Positions 22,922 through 34,836 of a stretch of 45,599 nt of DNA are shown here, piece after piece. The first letter of the stretch is position 1. The number at the start of each line of letters is the position of its first letter. The notes below the pieces were generated by a model that was given only the letters and a program-made list of their open reading frames with translations, ran no database searches and was not told the origin of the DNA. The stretch lies in assembly GCF_006345805.1 (NCBI RefSeq), contig NW_021834947.1, forward strand, positions 1 through 45,599, given 5' to 3'. Position numbers and translations under genes: made by a program. This DNA is from Octopus sinensis (Eukaryota).

Positions 22922-23130
22922 GGCGGTTAGCTGGCAGAATCGTTATCAGGCTGGGCGAGGTGCTTAGGGGTATTTCGTCTGCCGTTACGTTCTGAGTTCA
23001 AATTCCGTTGAGGTCGACTTTGCCTTTCATCCTGTCAGGGTCGATTAAATAAGTACCAGTTACACACTGAGGTCGATGTAATCGACAATCCCTTTGTTTG
23101 TCCTTGTTTGTCCCCTTTATGTCTTGCCCC
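22922..23130 (+). mobile_element. SINE family B, young tail type
   Basis: Head, centre and most of the tail. Confidence 0.92.
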
Positions 23131-23820
23131 CTAACCACTTCCCTATACAAGAGATAAAGCTCCTTCCCGATTCAAGAATCGAAACCACAATCCCACGATC
23201 CCGAGTATAAAAACATCGTAACCACTAAACCACGTCCTCTCACTTATACATGCGTGTGAATATATTATGTATGTATGTGTGTGTTTGCGCGCGTGTTTAT
23301 ATTTAATGCGTCTAATTACAAAAGGTCGTTAAACTGTCATTAATTATTCTAAGTTGTGCGCAGGAAATAAATATCTTTCTTTCGTTGCTTTTATTACGTT
23401 ATTAGTTTGTGTTCGGTCTGTGAAACGTTTTCTTCCAGTTAGCATACGTTCTATAGAAACAGCCCACCTTACATTTCAATGCAGTTTATTGAGATGTTTT
23501 TTTTTTAGTAGTCTGTACTTCTAATTAATCTGCAACAACAACAACACTATATCACAACCTTAGCTCCGTATTTTTTTTAAAAAAAGCATACATGTTCTTT
23601 TCTCTTTAGAAAGAGATTTTCTACCAATAAACATGTGATGTAAAAAGTCGCCAACGAAATAATATATAAAACAACAGCAGCAACAACAACAACAACAAAA
23701 AGAAACCTGGTGCTGCTTTCTCCTACGCTTTTCGAGATTCCCCCTTGCTTATTTTATCTGATAGACAACTAACAGTCTTTCAACATTACTACGCCGCCGC
23801 TGATGTTGGCAGATGTTATA

Positions 23821-23891
<71 letters not shown>

Positions 23892-24149
23892 AAAGTAGTC
23901 TCAGCTATTAAAGACAAGAGAATGAAGAATTACGTAACTGTTTCGTTTTTTAAACATTGAGAACATTTGTCCGAATTCTTCGCAATGGCGGCTTCTTATT
24001 TGTAACATATCATCATCATCATCACCATCATTATCACAAGGGCGGTAGTGAATTGTCAGTATCTTTTTTACCGTTATCCGGCCTTTGACGTTCTAATTTC
24101 AAAACCAGCCGAGGGACAAATTTATTATTATTGTTGTTGTTGTTGTTAT

Positions 24150-24312
24150 TAAGACGGCGAGCTGGCAGAATCGTTAGCACGCCCGACAAAATACTCCGCG
24201 GCATTTCCTTCGACTCATTACGTTTTCTGTTTAAATTCTACCGACGTGAAAACTCTTAGGCAGTGCTCCAGTATGGTCGCAGTCCAATGACTGAAACAAG
24301 TAAAAGATAAAG
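24150..24312 (+). mobile_element. SINE B head joined directly to a SINE A tail
   Basis: aagacggcgagctggcagaatcgttagcacgcc, then cagtgctccagtatggtcgcagtccaatgactgaaacaagtaaaaga. Confidence 0.75.
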
Positions 24313-24864
24313 ACAGTAATTAAACAGCACTGACATATTGTTGAAGACTGCGTCTTTGAATTAGCTAGTATGATATTCCACACTAATATCCTGTTAAATT
24401 TCTTCGTAGTACCCCGACAGGGGTACTACGAACAGTGGAGGATGTTAGCAGCTGTTAATAAAACATCTATTTATAGGAACATATGTTCTTGTTTAACATC
24501 AAGTCAGCCTTGATTGAGTATATCTATAATCACAGACATTCCAGCCGTGATCATTGCGTCTTATTTAGAACAATTTAGGTGCTATTTATGGCCGAGCGAG
24601 TGTCTACAAGATATTATGAAACGTATATTGTAGTTATATGTGATAACATTTTAGGTGGTAAAACACGAACTCACGTCGGTTCACTTTTGTGTGTTGGTAT
24701 GTATTTGTATTGGCATGTGTGTCTGTGTCTGTCCGTCTGTGTGTGTATTCGCGTGTGTTAATTCCTGTATCGTGTGTAATTTAAAATAAAAAAGAGCAGT
24801 TTTCTTACATTTATCTATTTGTACTTTTGTGCAATTTAATGGTGACTCATCTTCCTATAAGGCG

Positions 24865-25180
24865 GCCGGCGAGCTGTCGAAATCGTTGGCACTTCGGATA
24901 AAATGCTTAGCAGCATTTCTTCCAGATACTGACGTTCTGAGTTCAAATCTCGACGAGGTCAACTTTATCTTTCATCTCTTGGTGGGGGTCGATAAAATAA
25001 AGTATTAGTCTAGTACTGGGGCCAATGTAATCAATTTGCTTCCCTCCTCTACTAATCGCTGGTCTTGAACCCTGCAGTTGACCAACGTCCCACTCAGGGA
25101 TAATGTTATGATCTCGGTCACTTAATCGCCATGGAAACCGGCTTACCGGCCTTATAAATCTTAGGGCTCGAAAAGCATGA
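24865..25180 (+). mobile_element. Old SINE B copy followed by a V-domain-like SINE 3' fragment
   Basis: B motifs to ~25065, then ccctgcagttgaccaacgtcccactcaggg...ccatggaaaccgg, which resembles the V-SINE domain as I recall it. Confidence 0.6.
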
Positions 25181-25221
25181 AAGAAGAAAATTTGCTATAA
25201 TGATATTGTTTCTAATTCATG

Positions 25222-25252
<31 letters not shown>

Positions 25253-25256
<4 letters not shown>

Positions 25257-25366
25257 CCTGCTCGCTTAGCCAGCGGGGTGACGTCACCTGAAGGCTAAAA
25301 CAATGCAAAGCGCATTGTGACCAGCGATGTGTAGCAATATCTGATAGCCTGATCTGTCACGGTGAT
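25253..25366 (+). mobile_element. SINE family C 3' tail, between (TA)n tracts
   Basis: Matches 33388-33510. Confidence 0.88.
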
Positions 25367-25684
25367 ATATATATATATATATGATGCAATCCAAAAAAGT
25401 AATCCAAGGTAGCCCTAGTTGGTAATCCACACGATAATCCGATATGGATACCAGCGTGTCTATTAATCTCTGTAGCGTTACCTTGACGAAGTGGTATCTT
25501 AGTGTCTGGGAGTGTAACACATGGTCTGTCATTATTGATCGGGGGGAATTGAAAAGGTAAGAGATTTCCTCATTATGTTATTGTTAATCGATAAATAATT
25601 CTTCAGACATCGAGGGATTTCTTAACCCCACAGCCATTCCTAAGCCTACATAGGATAACTGTTGGATTAAATGGTAGATAATCT

Positions 25685-25909
25685 GGCACTCCGTCGGTTA
25701 CGACGACGAATGTTCCAGTCAGTCTGATCAATGGAACAGCCTGCTCGTGAAATTAACGTGCAACTGGCTGAGTACTCAGCAGACACGCAGGGAGATTCAG
25801 CATGATACAGATTGTGACAAGGCTGGCCCTTTGAATTACAGATACGACTCACTTTTGCCAGCTGAGTGGAATGGAGTACCGTGAAATAAAGTGTCTTGCT
25901 CAAGGACAA
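25685..25909 (-). mobile_element. SINE family D body
   Basis: Homologous to 15661-15912. Confidence 0.78.
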
Positions 25910-26021
25910 TGGCAAATATAACTAGCAGACGAAGGGTCAACCATGTTAGTTCACTAAGAAATCCAGCAATGACGGTTGTCATCACTAGACCATTCTTTTT
26001 TTGGCATTAGTGGCCAGTCCT

Positions 26022-26256
26022 TAAAGCGGCGAGCTGGCAGAGTCGTTAGCACGCCAGGCGAAATGCTTAGCAGTATTTCGTCTGCTGCTACATTCTGAGT
26101 TCAAATTCCGCCGAGGTCGACTTTGCCTTTCATCCTTTCGGGGTCGATAAATAAAGTACCAGTTTCGCACTGGGGTCGATGTAATCAACTTAATCCCTTT
26201 GTTTGTCCTTGTTTGCCCCCTCTATGTTTAGCCCCCTGTGGGCAACAAAGAAATAA
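26022..26256 (+). mobile_element. SINE family B, full length, with 16-bp TSD
   Basis: TSD attagtgg(c/a)cagtcct at 26006-26021 and 26257-26272. Confidence 0.95.
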
Positions 26257-27284
26257 ATTAGTGGACAGTCCTCTTGTAAACATTTAATTGACTGTTATTT
26301 TCCTTCAACAAGCGAAAACACCGATTTGGCGAACCTTTTCTGAGTCCATGGGCAACTGAAAACAACGAAACCCGGATGACCTTCAATGGAAATTATCCCA
26401 TAAAATTATCGAAGGTTAACCCCAAAAGATGTGTGAAATACTAAGGAATTCTAATTAATGGTTGGGAATCTTGTATTAAAAATAGCTAAAGTTCTTTTAG
26501 AGAATAATTTTAAAGCAAATATTATAGTTGTTTAATCCCCGTAAACATCGCTTAGGCCGTTTGTAAAAAAAAGCATAATTATCACAGCAGCTCATGCCTT
26601 CTAAAAAAAATATTCCGCTTTGAAGATAGTCAAGAGAGCAATGTTATAGATGTTTAACGAAGCGTAAAAATCGTTAAACAAATATTTCTTTAGCGATGAA
26701 TCGTTTCATTTATTCAGGAAGTAGTAGTAGGTATGCGCATAACGAACTGTCTGTTCAGAGATTTTTTTTTTTTTTTTAAAGAAATTTCTGACAAATGCCA
26801 GTTAAAACAGAGAAATCTCCAACTTCTAGAAAAGATTAAATTTCTGGCGAGTCTGGGTGAGAAAAATAAATAAATAAAAAGTGCAGCCGAACGTTTTTAA
26901 CTGATTCTGTTATAAATAAGTCATTTTTAAAAGATTAGTTTGATAATCAAAGGAAAATAGGCGTAGCAAACTGGAAGTTAACTTGCTTCTTTCTGTTTAT
27001 TTAATGGCTGTGGGATTTACCAAAGTAGTTTCCAAGACTGATGTTGCTATTTCCACATAGTTTACTGTATGATACTTTAACGTATGCTCTAGAATACAGA
27101 CTTGTCTAAAATTTATAGTTACTAGTACCCGCTGTTTTGACCCCGGCGATGGAGCACATTTGCTGTAGTTATGCCAGTGAGTTAATTAAATGTCTTTAAT
27201 TAAACTGTTGAGAAACGGATTTGTGTACAGATAAACCACACGCACATTCAGACAGACAATGCTGCCGTCATATTCGTATACATA

Positions 27285-27347
27285 AATATATAACTCAGTG
27301 TGTGTGTGTGTGTATATATATTATATATATATATATAACTATGTGTG

Positions 27348-27379
<32 letters not shown>

Positions 27380-27467
27380 ACTATGTGTGTATGTTATATA
27401 TATATATAACTGTGTGTAGTATATATATATATATATATATAATATATATATATATTATATATATAAC

Positions 27468-27506
<39 letters not shown>

Positions 27507-27540
27507 CTGTGTGTATGTATATATATTATATATAACACTA
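27285..27540. repeat. Higher-order (TA)n-actatgtgtgt microsatellite array
   Basis: tataact(a/g)tgtgt recurs about six times, separated by (TA)n. Confidence 0.85.
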
Positions 27541-28292
27541 AAAAAAAAAGATGTTTCTCCCAGCGTTCACTATTTTCCTCTCGTTCTGGTCCAACGACCA
27601 TCCATGTTTGTTTTCATTCAATTTCCATGTATGTCTCCACTGCCATGTGTTTGTTCCCAACTTTGACCCTCCATAAATCCTAAATTTTATTTTAGAATTT
27701 ATGGGAGCAACTGTTTTTGAAGGCTTGTATTTTCGTTGAATGTTCGAAATGAGGAGTAGATGATAAACAGCCGACGACTGATGAAGGGTCCTTTTCTGTG
27801 TTTACTTGTCCGGTTTTCCATTTTTTGTTTTTCGTTGTTTACGTATTTCATGTTATTTGCACCATTGGTGACGTCCTGTATGTGTGTGTATGTATATATA
27901 TATCATATATACAAAGGCAGAGAGGGGGTGGGAACAAAGACGTGGAGGAATAGAGATTCAGATTTTGTTTCTTCCTTTAATGGCGGTGTTGAGAAATATG
28001 CCTCTGTCTACATACATACAGAGGGAGGGAGAAGAGAGATCGGGGGGTGGGGCTGCGAAACAAACATAGAAGTTATATGGCAGACGGAGCAGGTTTAATG
28101 AAAATTACAATAATGATTAAAACAATTGCCAGTACATTTTCTGTGTAATTCGAGAAAATGTGTGATTTGTGAATAACATTAAAGACTTGAGAGTCGGTAC
28201 AGAAACTTAATAGAATTTGTACTAGGAAGGTTCTAAAGAGAAGTATGCACGCGGCACTGCAATGTAAGAAGAGACGCAATTAATCAATTAAT

Positions 28293-28490
28293 TATTTCTA
28301 CTCTAGGCACAAGGTCTTGAAAATTTGTGGGTGGGGAAGGGGGTTAGTCGATTACTTATTTCATTGACCCCCGAAAGGATGAAAGGCAAAGTCGACCTCG
28401 GCGGAATTTGAACTCAGAACGTAACGGCAGACGAAATACGGCCACGCATTTCGCCCGGCGTGCTAACGGTTCTGCCAGCTCTCCGTCTTG
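28293..28490 (-). mobile_element. SINE family B, old tail type, with internal deletion
   Basis: Reverse complement of B. Confidence 0.88.
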
Positions 28491-28496
28491 ATATAT

Positions 28497-28725
28497 CATG
28501 ACCCGACTTTTCGTCCGATGTCACTTTGTCCAACGTCACTTCGTCTACGTCTTTTGGTCCGATGATTTTTGTTTTTGTCCAATTCTAAATAAACTCTAGA
28601 AAAAACAAGGTGAACATCAAAATCAAATAATCTTTGAGAATTTTATTTATAGGATTTGCCATTGGACAATAAGACAGACGAAAAGACGTTTGACGAAGTG
28701 ACGTCGGACGAAAAGACATAGCGCG
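28497..28725. mobile_element. MITE with subterminal ~14-bp tandem motifs in inverted orientation
   Basis: cttttcgtccgatgtcactttgtccaacgtc versus gacgtttgacgaagtgacgtcggacgaaaag; the same left end recurs at 33526-33556. Confidence 0.75.
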
Positions 28726-28754
28726 CACGCGCACACACACACACACACACAATG

Positions 28755-28905
28755 TGTTTTAGTTTCCGTCTACCAAATCCATTGGCAAAGGCTTTGGTCG
28801 GCTCGGGGCTGTAGTAGAATATACTTGCCAAAGTGTCGCACAGTGGAACTGAACCCAAGGCTGCATAGTTGGAAAGCAAACTACTTCCTGAACCACACGA
28901 CGGCC
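28755..28905 (-). mobile_element. SINE family A 5' half
   Basis: agtttccgtctaccaaatcc to aaccacac. Confidence 0.85.
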
Positions 28906-29587
28906 ACATCTCTGTTCCCCAGTAGGTACTGGAACAGTTACTTTTACATGGTCGCATTCACTGAACTAATAAAACGGTTTTGCCTGAACTTAGTCAATAT
29001 TCGCACTAAATTAATGATCAATGTTTCTGCTTATGTCGACACCAGCTAAAGGCCTACAACACAACAACAACAACGAAACTCATAAATTTATCTTTTTCAC
29101 GTGAGTCGAATTCATCATACGAAAGATTAAAAACAAAAATGATATACAATTCGACAAGTTACGATGACTCAACACATTCCGTTCTATAAAAGAGCTCAGC
29201 AGGTTTTTGATGACAATGACGATATAAATCAAAGCAGTTCTGTAACAGAGCATTAGCAGAGTGTCGAGTGTGGTGGCGGTGGTGGTGGTGGTGGTGGTGG
29301 TTTTAGACTATTTAGATAACTAACTACCCTAAAATTCTCGCTGCTTCGTTTAGGTCCAGTTTCATTAATTCTAAACATGCAACTCCGACTTAAATCTTGT
29401 TAGATCTGCTGCCCTTTATCCTCAACACAATTAATCTTGCTCTCGGCATTTCTTATACGTTAATTTTCGCTCTTCATGCCATCATCAAAATAACTGCTGC
29501 TGCTGCTGCTGCCGCTTCTTCAAACTATCTGACCCCCCCCCCCACGACAATCTTGTTGTGGACTTGTCATTAAATTCGTCTCTTCTA

Positions 29588-29820
29588 AGGCGGCGAGCTG
29601 GCAGAAACGTTAGCACGCCGGGCGAAATGCTTAGCAGTATTTCCTCTGCCGCTACGTTCTGAGTTCAAATTCCGCCGAGGTCGACTTTGCCTTTCATCCT
29701 TTCGGGGTCGATAAATTAAGTACCAGTTACGCACTGGAGTCGATGTAATCGACTTAATCCGTTTGTCTGTCTTTGTTTGTCCCCTCTATGTTTAACCCCT
29801 TGTGGGTAATAAAGAAACAG
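29588..29820 (+). mobile_element. SINE family B, full length
   Basis: All modules present. Confidence 0.94.
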
Positions 29821-29834
29821 ATATATATATATAT

Positions 29835-30051
29835 TACGTGGGGTGCTCAAAAGTTCCTGGCTTTAAGGGTCTCATGAAAGGCTGGTTGGAAGCCCAACCT
29901 TCTGAGTTCTTTTACAGGGCTTAGAAAAACCGAAGGACCGCTGCAATAAGTGTGTGATTCTGGGAGGGGAATACGTTGAATAAAATCATAGTTAACTGAT
30001 CCTCTTGTACCTTCGTTTACCCGATCCAGGAACTTTACCGCACCCTGTGTA
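29835..30051 (+). mobile_element. Mariner-derived MITE retaining the transposase C-terminus
   Basis: TA-flanked TIRs cgtggggtgctcaaaagttcctgg / ccaggaactttaccgcaccctgtg. About 29910-29983 reads LQGLEKPKDRCNKCVILGGEYVE*, the mariner C-terminal motif. Confidence 0.85.
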
Positions 30052-30117
30052 TGTGTGTGTGTGGTATAATGTGGTTGTGTGTGTATTGTGTATGTGTGTT
30101 TTTTGTTTGTTTTTGTT

Positions 30118-30322
30118 TTTGTCCCTACACGTCCTCGTAAGGTAGCGATTCGGCGAAAGAGAAGAGAGAATAAGTTCGAAGCTTAAAAATAAGTACTCGT
30201 ACTCTTGTCGATTTGTTCGACGAAACTCTTGAACGCGGTGCCCCAGCATGGCCGCAGTGCAATCAGTCAATCAATCAATCAATCAATCAATCAATGACTG
30301 ACACAAGTAAAGGAATTAAGAT
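30118..30322 (+). mobile_element. SINE family A 3' part with an expanded (TCAA)n in the tail
   Basis: gcggtgccccagcatggccgcagt-(caat)n-gactgacacaagtaaa. Confidence 0.85.
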
Positions 30323-31099
30323 AAGATGTTGCAGCACTGAACCTTAAAGTCTGCTACGCGAACGAATTTCAAACAGTCTTTCATTAATGTGTTCTTCTTT
30401 CTGCAAATAATGCTGGCTTTGTGGGCGGAGAAACGGTGGCGAAGTGATGGGTGGCGTAACTGGTGCTGGTGGAAGGATATTCCCGTGGTTGTTTACTCAA
30501 AGCGATCTACTACTGTAATTCAACAAACAAACTGACACCCGAAACGCAAACACCACTCTTCCTGCACATATCGTCGTCATTACGTCGTATTCTCCACTCA
30601 CTCACTCACACCTGTCTTACATTACACCTACCTACCTGCCTCTTCACTTTACCTTCCTAATTCACTCATTTCAAACCTGTTTTGTTTGTTTCTTTTTGTT
30701 GTTGTTGTTGTTGTTTTTTTTTTACTAGTTTCTATTTTTCGTTCTTCCTATCAAAATAATAATAACAACAACAATAATAATGATAATAATAATAATTACT
30801 ACGCCATATCTGCAAACGAAGAGTAATTTTCGTGTGTTTGTGTTTATTCAGAAGCGTTTGCAGTTAATATTTGCATTTTAAACCTTAGCAATAACCTCGT
30901 GATGTTACACCGCGTATTACTCACAATCTTACATCGTGCACTTTTCAACGAAATATCTTGTTTGCTGTACAAGTGTTAACGTCATTGATATATAAAACAT
31001 ACAGGCAATTAGTTTTGGCTTTTTAACACGTGTTTATTACGACTAGCAGCGATTTGTTGTACGCAGTATGTATGGCATTCTTTTCGCTTGTCGCAACGG

Positions 31100-31157
31100 C
31101 AGTTTGCAAAGGTAATACGGACGGCTACAGTTTGCAAAGGTAATACGGACGGCTACA
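31100..31157. repeat. Perfect 28-bp tandem duplication
   Basis: cagtttgcaaaggtaatacggacggcta twice. Confidence 0.95.
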
Positions 31158-31554
31158 AGGAAAGTGGTTTAAAAAAAAAATTTCTTTTACTTTTAATCAC
31201 GAAGGAATAAAAAATAAAGGTGATTCGAGTGGAATTCGAATTTAGACTCGTGTGCCGAATCTGCGAACCGGTTTCAAATCTTTGCTGTAGTTATTCCACT
31301 TGGCGTGTGAAGGAATGCATGATATGGAATGGCATTTCTCGTTCTTGTGTAAGTCTGAAAGCTCTGCCCTAAGATGAGACGTACATGTTAAACTCACGTG
31401 GATAATGCAAGTAAATCTTGTAAAATCCAACTTTGACTTTAACTATATCGAAGAGCTGTGTGTGGTGTGTGTGTGTGCATTGTGACTGGGAAGAGTCATT
31501 CTCTTTTAGTCCCTTATTATTTAACACACTCACCGGTAAAGTTTCCACTCATTT

Positions 31555-31614
31555 ACTTATTGAATAAATCCGCTCTTGTTTGTTTAGATATGCACTTCGT
31601 ATAAAGATACTTTC

Positions 31615-31648
<34 letters not shown>

Positions 31649-31855
31649 AGATTAATCAGCCGAAATTGCGAGGATGATCCGGTTCTTGACTGAAGATTAG
31701 AGGCTTCAAATGATCCGTCCGTATTTTTTGTATCGTCTATTTGAATATTTTGCGTTCTTGTCCCATTTTGTATATATGTGTATATATATATATTGAGAAA
31801 GTATTTTATATAAAGTACATATCTAAGCAAACAAGTGCAGATTTATTCAGTAAGT
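31555..31855. repeat. ~62-bp imperfect inverted repeat enclosing (TA)n tracts and a ~130-bp insert
   Basis: 31555-31617 versus the reverse complement of 31794-31855. Confidence 0.85.
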
Positions 31856-32041
31856 TGGATCGTGCCATCTGCAACACTGCAAGAATATCGGTTGGAAAAA
31901 ATTCTATGTAGAGTTTGATACGTAATATTATCTGAGTGTGCAAATAAGTTCGTTCTGACAAGCTGCCTCAATTTAAGTAACTTATTCAACTTAATCTAAA
32001 TTACATTTTATATACAGTACAGTATATATATATATATATAA

Positions 32042-32162
32042 ATAGTTGGAATTTACAGAAAAACGAAGACAGGTGTATAAACAACAAGCAGGTGTATTAG
32101 TTTAACGCTCGGGAAGGTGAGAAAATCTTTTACATTTCGAGCCTACGCTCTTCAACAGAAAT
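32042..32162 (-). mobile_element. Penelope-like terminal-repeat remnant with a variant hammerhead motif (32127-32162)
   Basis: Minus strand ttt-CTGTTGA-a-GAGC gtag GCTC-GAAATGT-A-aaag; near-identical to 40104-40230. Confidence 0.65.
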
Positions 32163-32180
32163 GAATACCTCTGTCTCTCA

Positions 32181-32237
<57 letters not shown>

Positions 32238-32747
32238 AGAGAGAGAGAGACAGACAGAGAGCACTTACATACAATACTCGGAGTTTCCAGGCAAGCTATG
32301 AGTATGGACTTATCTGATTTTCGTTCGGTAATCAATTCAGGAGATTCTGAGTGCCGTAGCGTTTCATGTTTGTATACTATATTTAATATACGTTCCTATT
32401 TTCCATTCTATATTCAGATCTACTTCTTTTCTTAGTACAAACGTAGATAATTGCTCTCTGTGCGTGTGTGGTTTTCTTTCCGTGTTGCTGTATCTTTCAT
32501 CTGGAGCTCACCATATTTGTCTTCAGCTAAAACCCGATGGAGTACTGAAATGCTATGCACGAAATTATTCCCAAATAATCGAAATTTCTCTCTTAGTTGG
32601 AGGATGCAAACTAAAAGACTACGGCATATGTTAATGTCTGCTAAAGACAAGAGGTGATAATTTCAAAAAAATTAATAATTAATCACTCAATGCACATTTA
32701 CATGCTTGGGAGAAGGAAAGCCTGGGATTTGCTATGCAGTAAGGGTT

Positions 32748-32791
32748 AACTATGGACATGTTTCGGTCTATTAGACCTCATTAGCATAGTT
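32748..32791 (-). ncRNA. Minimal type I hammerhead ribozyme with one core substitution (G5A)
   Basis: AACUAUG-CUAAUGA-GGUCU aau AGACC-GAAA-CAU-GUC-CAUAGUU: 7-bp stem I, 5-bp stem II, palindromic ACAUGU stem III and GUC triplet. Confidence 0.8.
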
Positions 32792-33199
32792 TAATCTTGC
32801 AAAACATCCCGATCACTTGAATAGAGAAAATGAGTTATGAATAATTTTTTGGCCAGTATAATTTGCATTCTGTATAATGCTTAATTAATTAATAACGTTG
32901 CCAACGATCGACACCATTATGGAAATTAAACTGTCCATTTTAGCTAAGTTTTGATTAGTTTATCATATAACGAGCTGTCAAATAACGCCATCTACGTGCG
33001 GTGAGTCTCCAAAGAGGAATGAAACTCGTCAAGACAATCCCCAAATTATTCTCCTTCAGAACAGGTAACAAAAAACAAAACAAACAGGTAATTCATTACA
33101 TTAGTTTGAAATATTTTTACATTTTAAACGTAGCGTGGCTAAAATTGTATAAAACTGCAATTCAATGAGAAATATTTATTTCTAAGTAACAATAACTGC

Positions 33200-33510
33200 G
33201 TGGAGGCGCAATGGCCCAGTGATTAGGGCAGCGGACTCGCAGTCGGAGGATCGTGGTTTCGATTTCCAGACCGGGTGTTGTGTGTGTTTATTGAGCGAAA
33301 ACACCTAAAGGCTCTACGAGGCTCCGGCAAGGGGTGGTGGCGATCCTTGCTGTACTCTTTCGCCACAAATTTCTCTCACTCTTTCTGTTGGCCTGCTCGC
33401 TTAGCCAGCGGGGTGGCGTCATTTGAAGGCTAAAACAATGCGAAGTGCATTGTGACTAGCGATGTGTAGCAACATCTGATAGCCTGGTCGGTCACGGTGA
33501 TCACGGTGAT
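33200..33510 (+). mobile_element. SINE family C, full length (tRNA-Arg-like head)
   Basis: A-box-like TGGCCCAGTGATTAG, gactcgc loop, B-box-like GGTTTCGATTTCC, and (tcacggtga)2 3' end. Confidence 0.88.
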
Positions 33511-33754
33511 ATATATATATATATCATGACCCGACTTTTCGTCCAACGTCACTTCGATTCCTACGCGTTTTACTACACTTTGACAATTTTTGATATCTTA
33601 GCATTGGAAGGAGCTGGAGATACGATAGTTTAACCAAAAGAACGCAAAAATAAAAATTGAAAAAAAAACGCATTTTGCCAAATTTGGTATACAGTTTAAC
33701 ATAATAGCAACGATATATATAATCTTTGGGTATGTGTCTTTGTATCGGTGTTTG

Positions 33755-33990
33755 ACCTCTCCACGCACACTCACGCGCTTCCACCATCACCGCCTGCTCT
33801 TGACATCCGGTGTTGGTGTTTTTATGTCCCTATAACTTAGCGATTCAGCAATAGTAACCGATAGAATAAGTACCAGGCTTTAAAAAAAAAAAAGGTACTG
33901 AGCTCAAATCATTCGACTAAAAACTCTTCAAGGCGGTACCCCAGCATGGCCGCAGTCAAATGACTGGAACAAATAAAACATAAAAGATAC
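33755..33990 (+). mobile_element. SINE family A 3' half, diverged
   Basis: accgatagaataagtaccaggc and ggcggtaccccagcatggccgcagtc. Confidence 0.85.
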
Positions 33991-34404
33991 ATCGACGTAA
34001 AATCATCCAAGTGAGAAACGAACCGACCGCAACGGAAAAGCAGCAGCAGCAGCCGTGGTGGCAGTAGTAGTAGTAGTAGCAGCAGCAGCAGTAGTAGTAG
34101 GAGGAGGAGGAGGAAGTGGAGTCTCATTCAGTCAGCTAAATTGCCTTCGGTTTTATGAACAAATCTAATCTTAGATTCCATATTTAAACCGGCAGCCAAT
34201 GTGACAGAAATTTATGGAAATCGGCAGCACAAACTTCAGAGACTTTGGAATTCAATTATCGCTATTTTAGAAACTGTGTGTGTGTGTGTGTGGATCGGGG
34301 TAGGGTGGGGTGGGGGTGAAGTAAGGGAGGCGGAGAAGTGTAATGGTGTTTCTGGTATGAAGCTTTCCCATTACGGTATTACTAGCTGAAGTTGGTAGGT
34401 AAGC

Positions 34405-34437
34405 GTGTGTAATAATATATATATATGTATATGTATG

Positions 34438-34471
<34 letters not shown>

Positions 34472-34605
34472 TATATGTGGGTGGTGTGTGTATATATATA
34501 TATATATATATGTGTGTGTATATATATATGTAATATATGTGTGTATGTATATATATAAGTGTGTGTGTGTGTTATATATGTATATGTGTGTGTATGTATT
34601 ATATA

Positions 34606-34636
<31 letters not shown>

Positions 34637-34787
34637 GGTGTGTGCATATATAATAAGTGTGTGTGAATATTATATATATAATTGTGTATTTATATATATA
34701 TATATATATATTATATATAAATGTGTATATATATATATAAATGTGTATATATACATATAAATGTGTATATATATATGTGTATATATA

Positions 34788-34835
<48 letters not shown>
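34405..34835. repeat. Long compound (TA)n/(TG)n microsatellite
   Basis: Directly visible. Confidence 0.92.

Positions 34836-34836
<1 letters not shown>

Noticed and set aside
27740-27880. CTGATGA within a possible retroelement 3' remnant
   Set aside because: No downstream GAAA box or stems; the family cannot be assigned.
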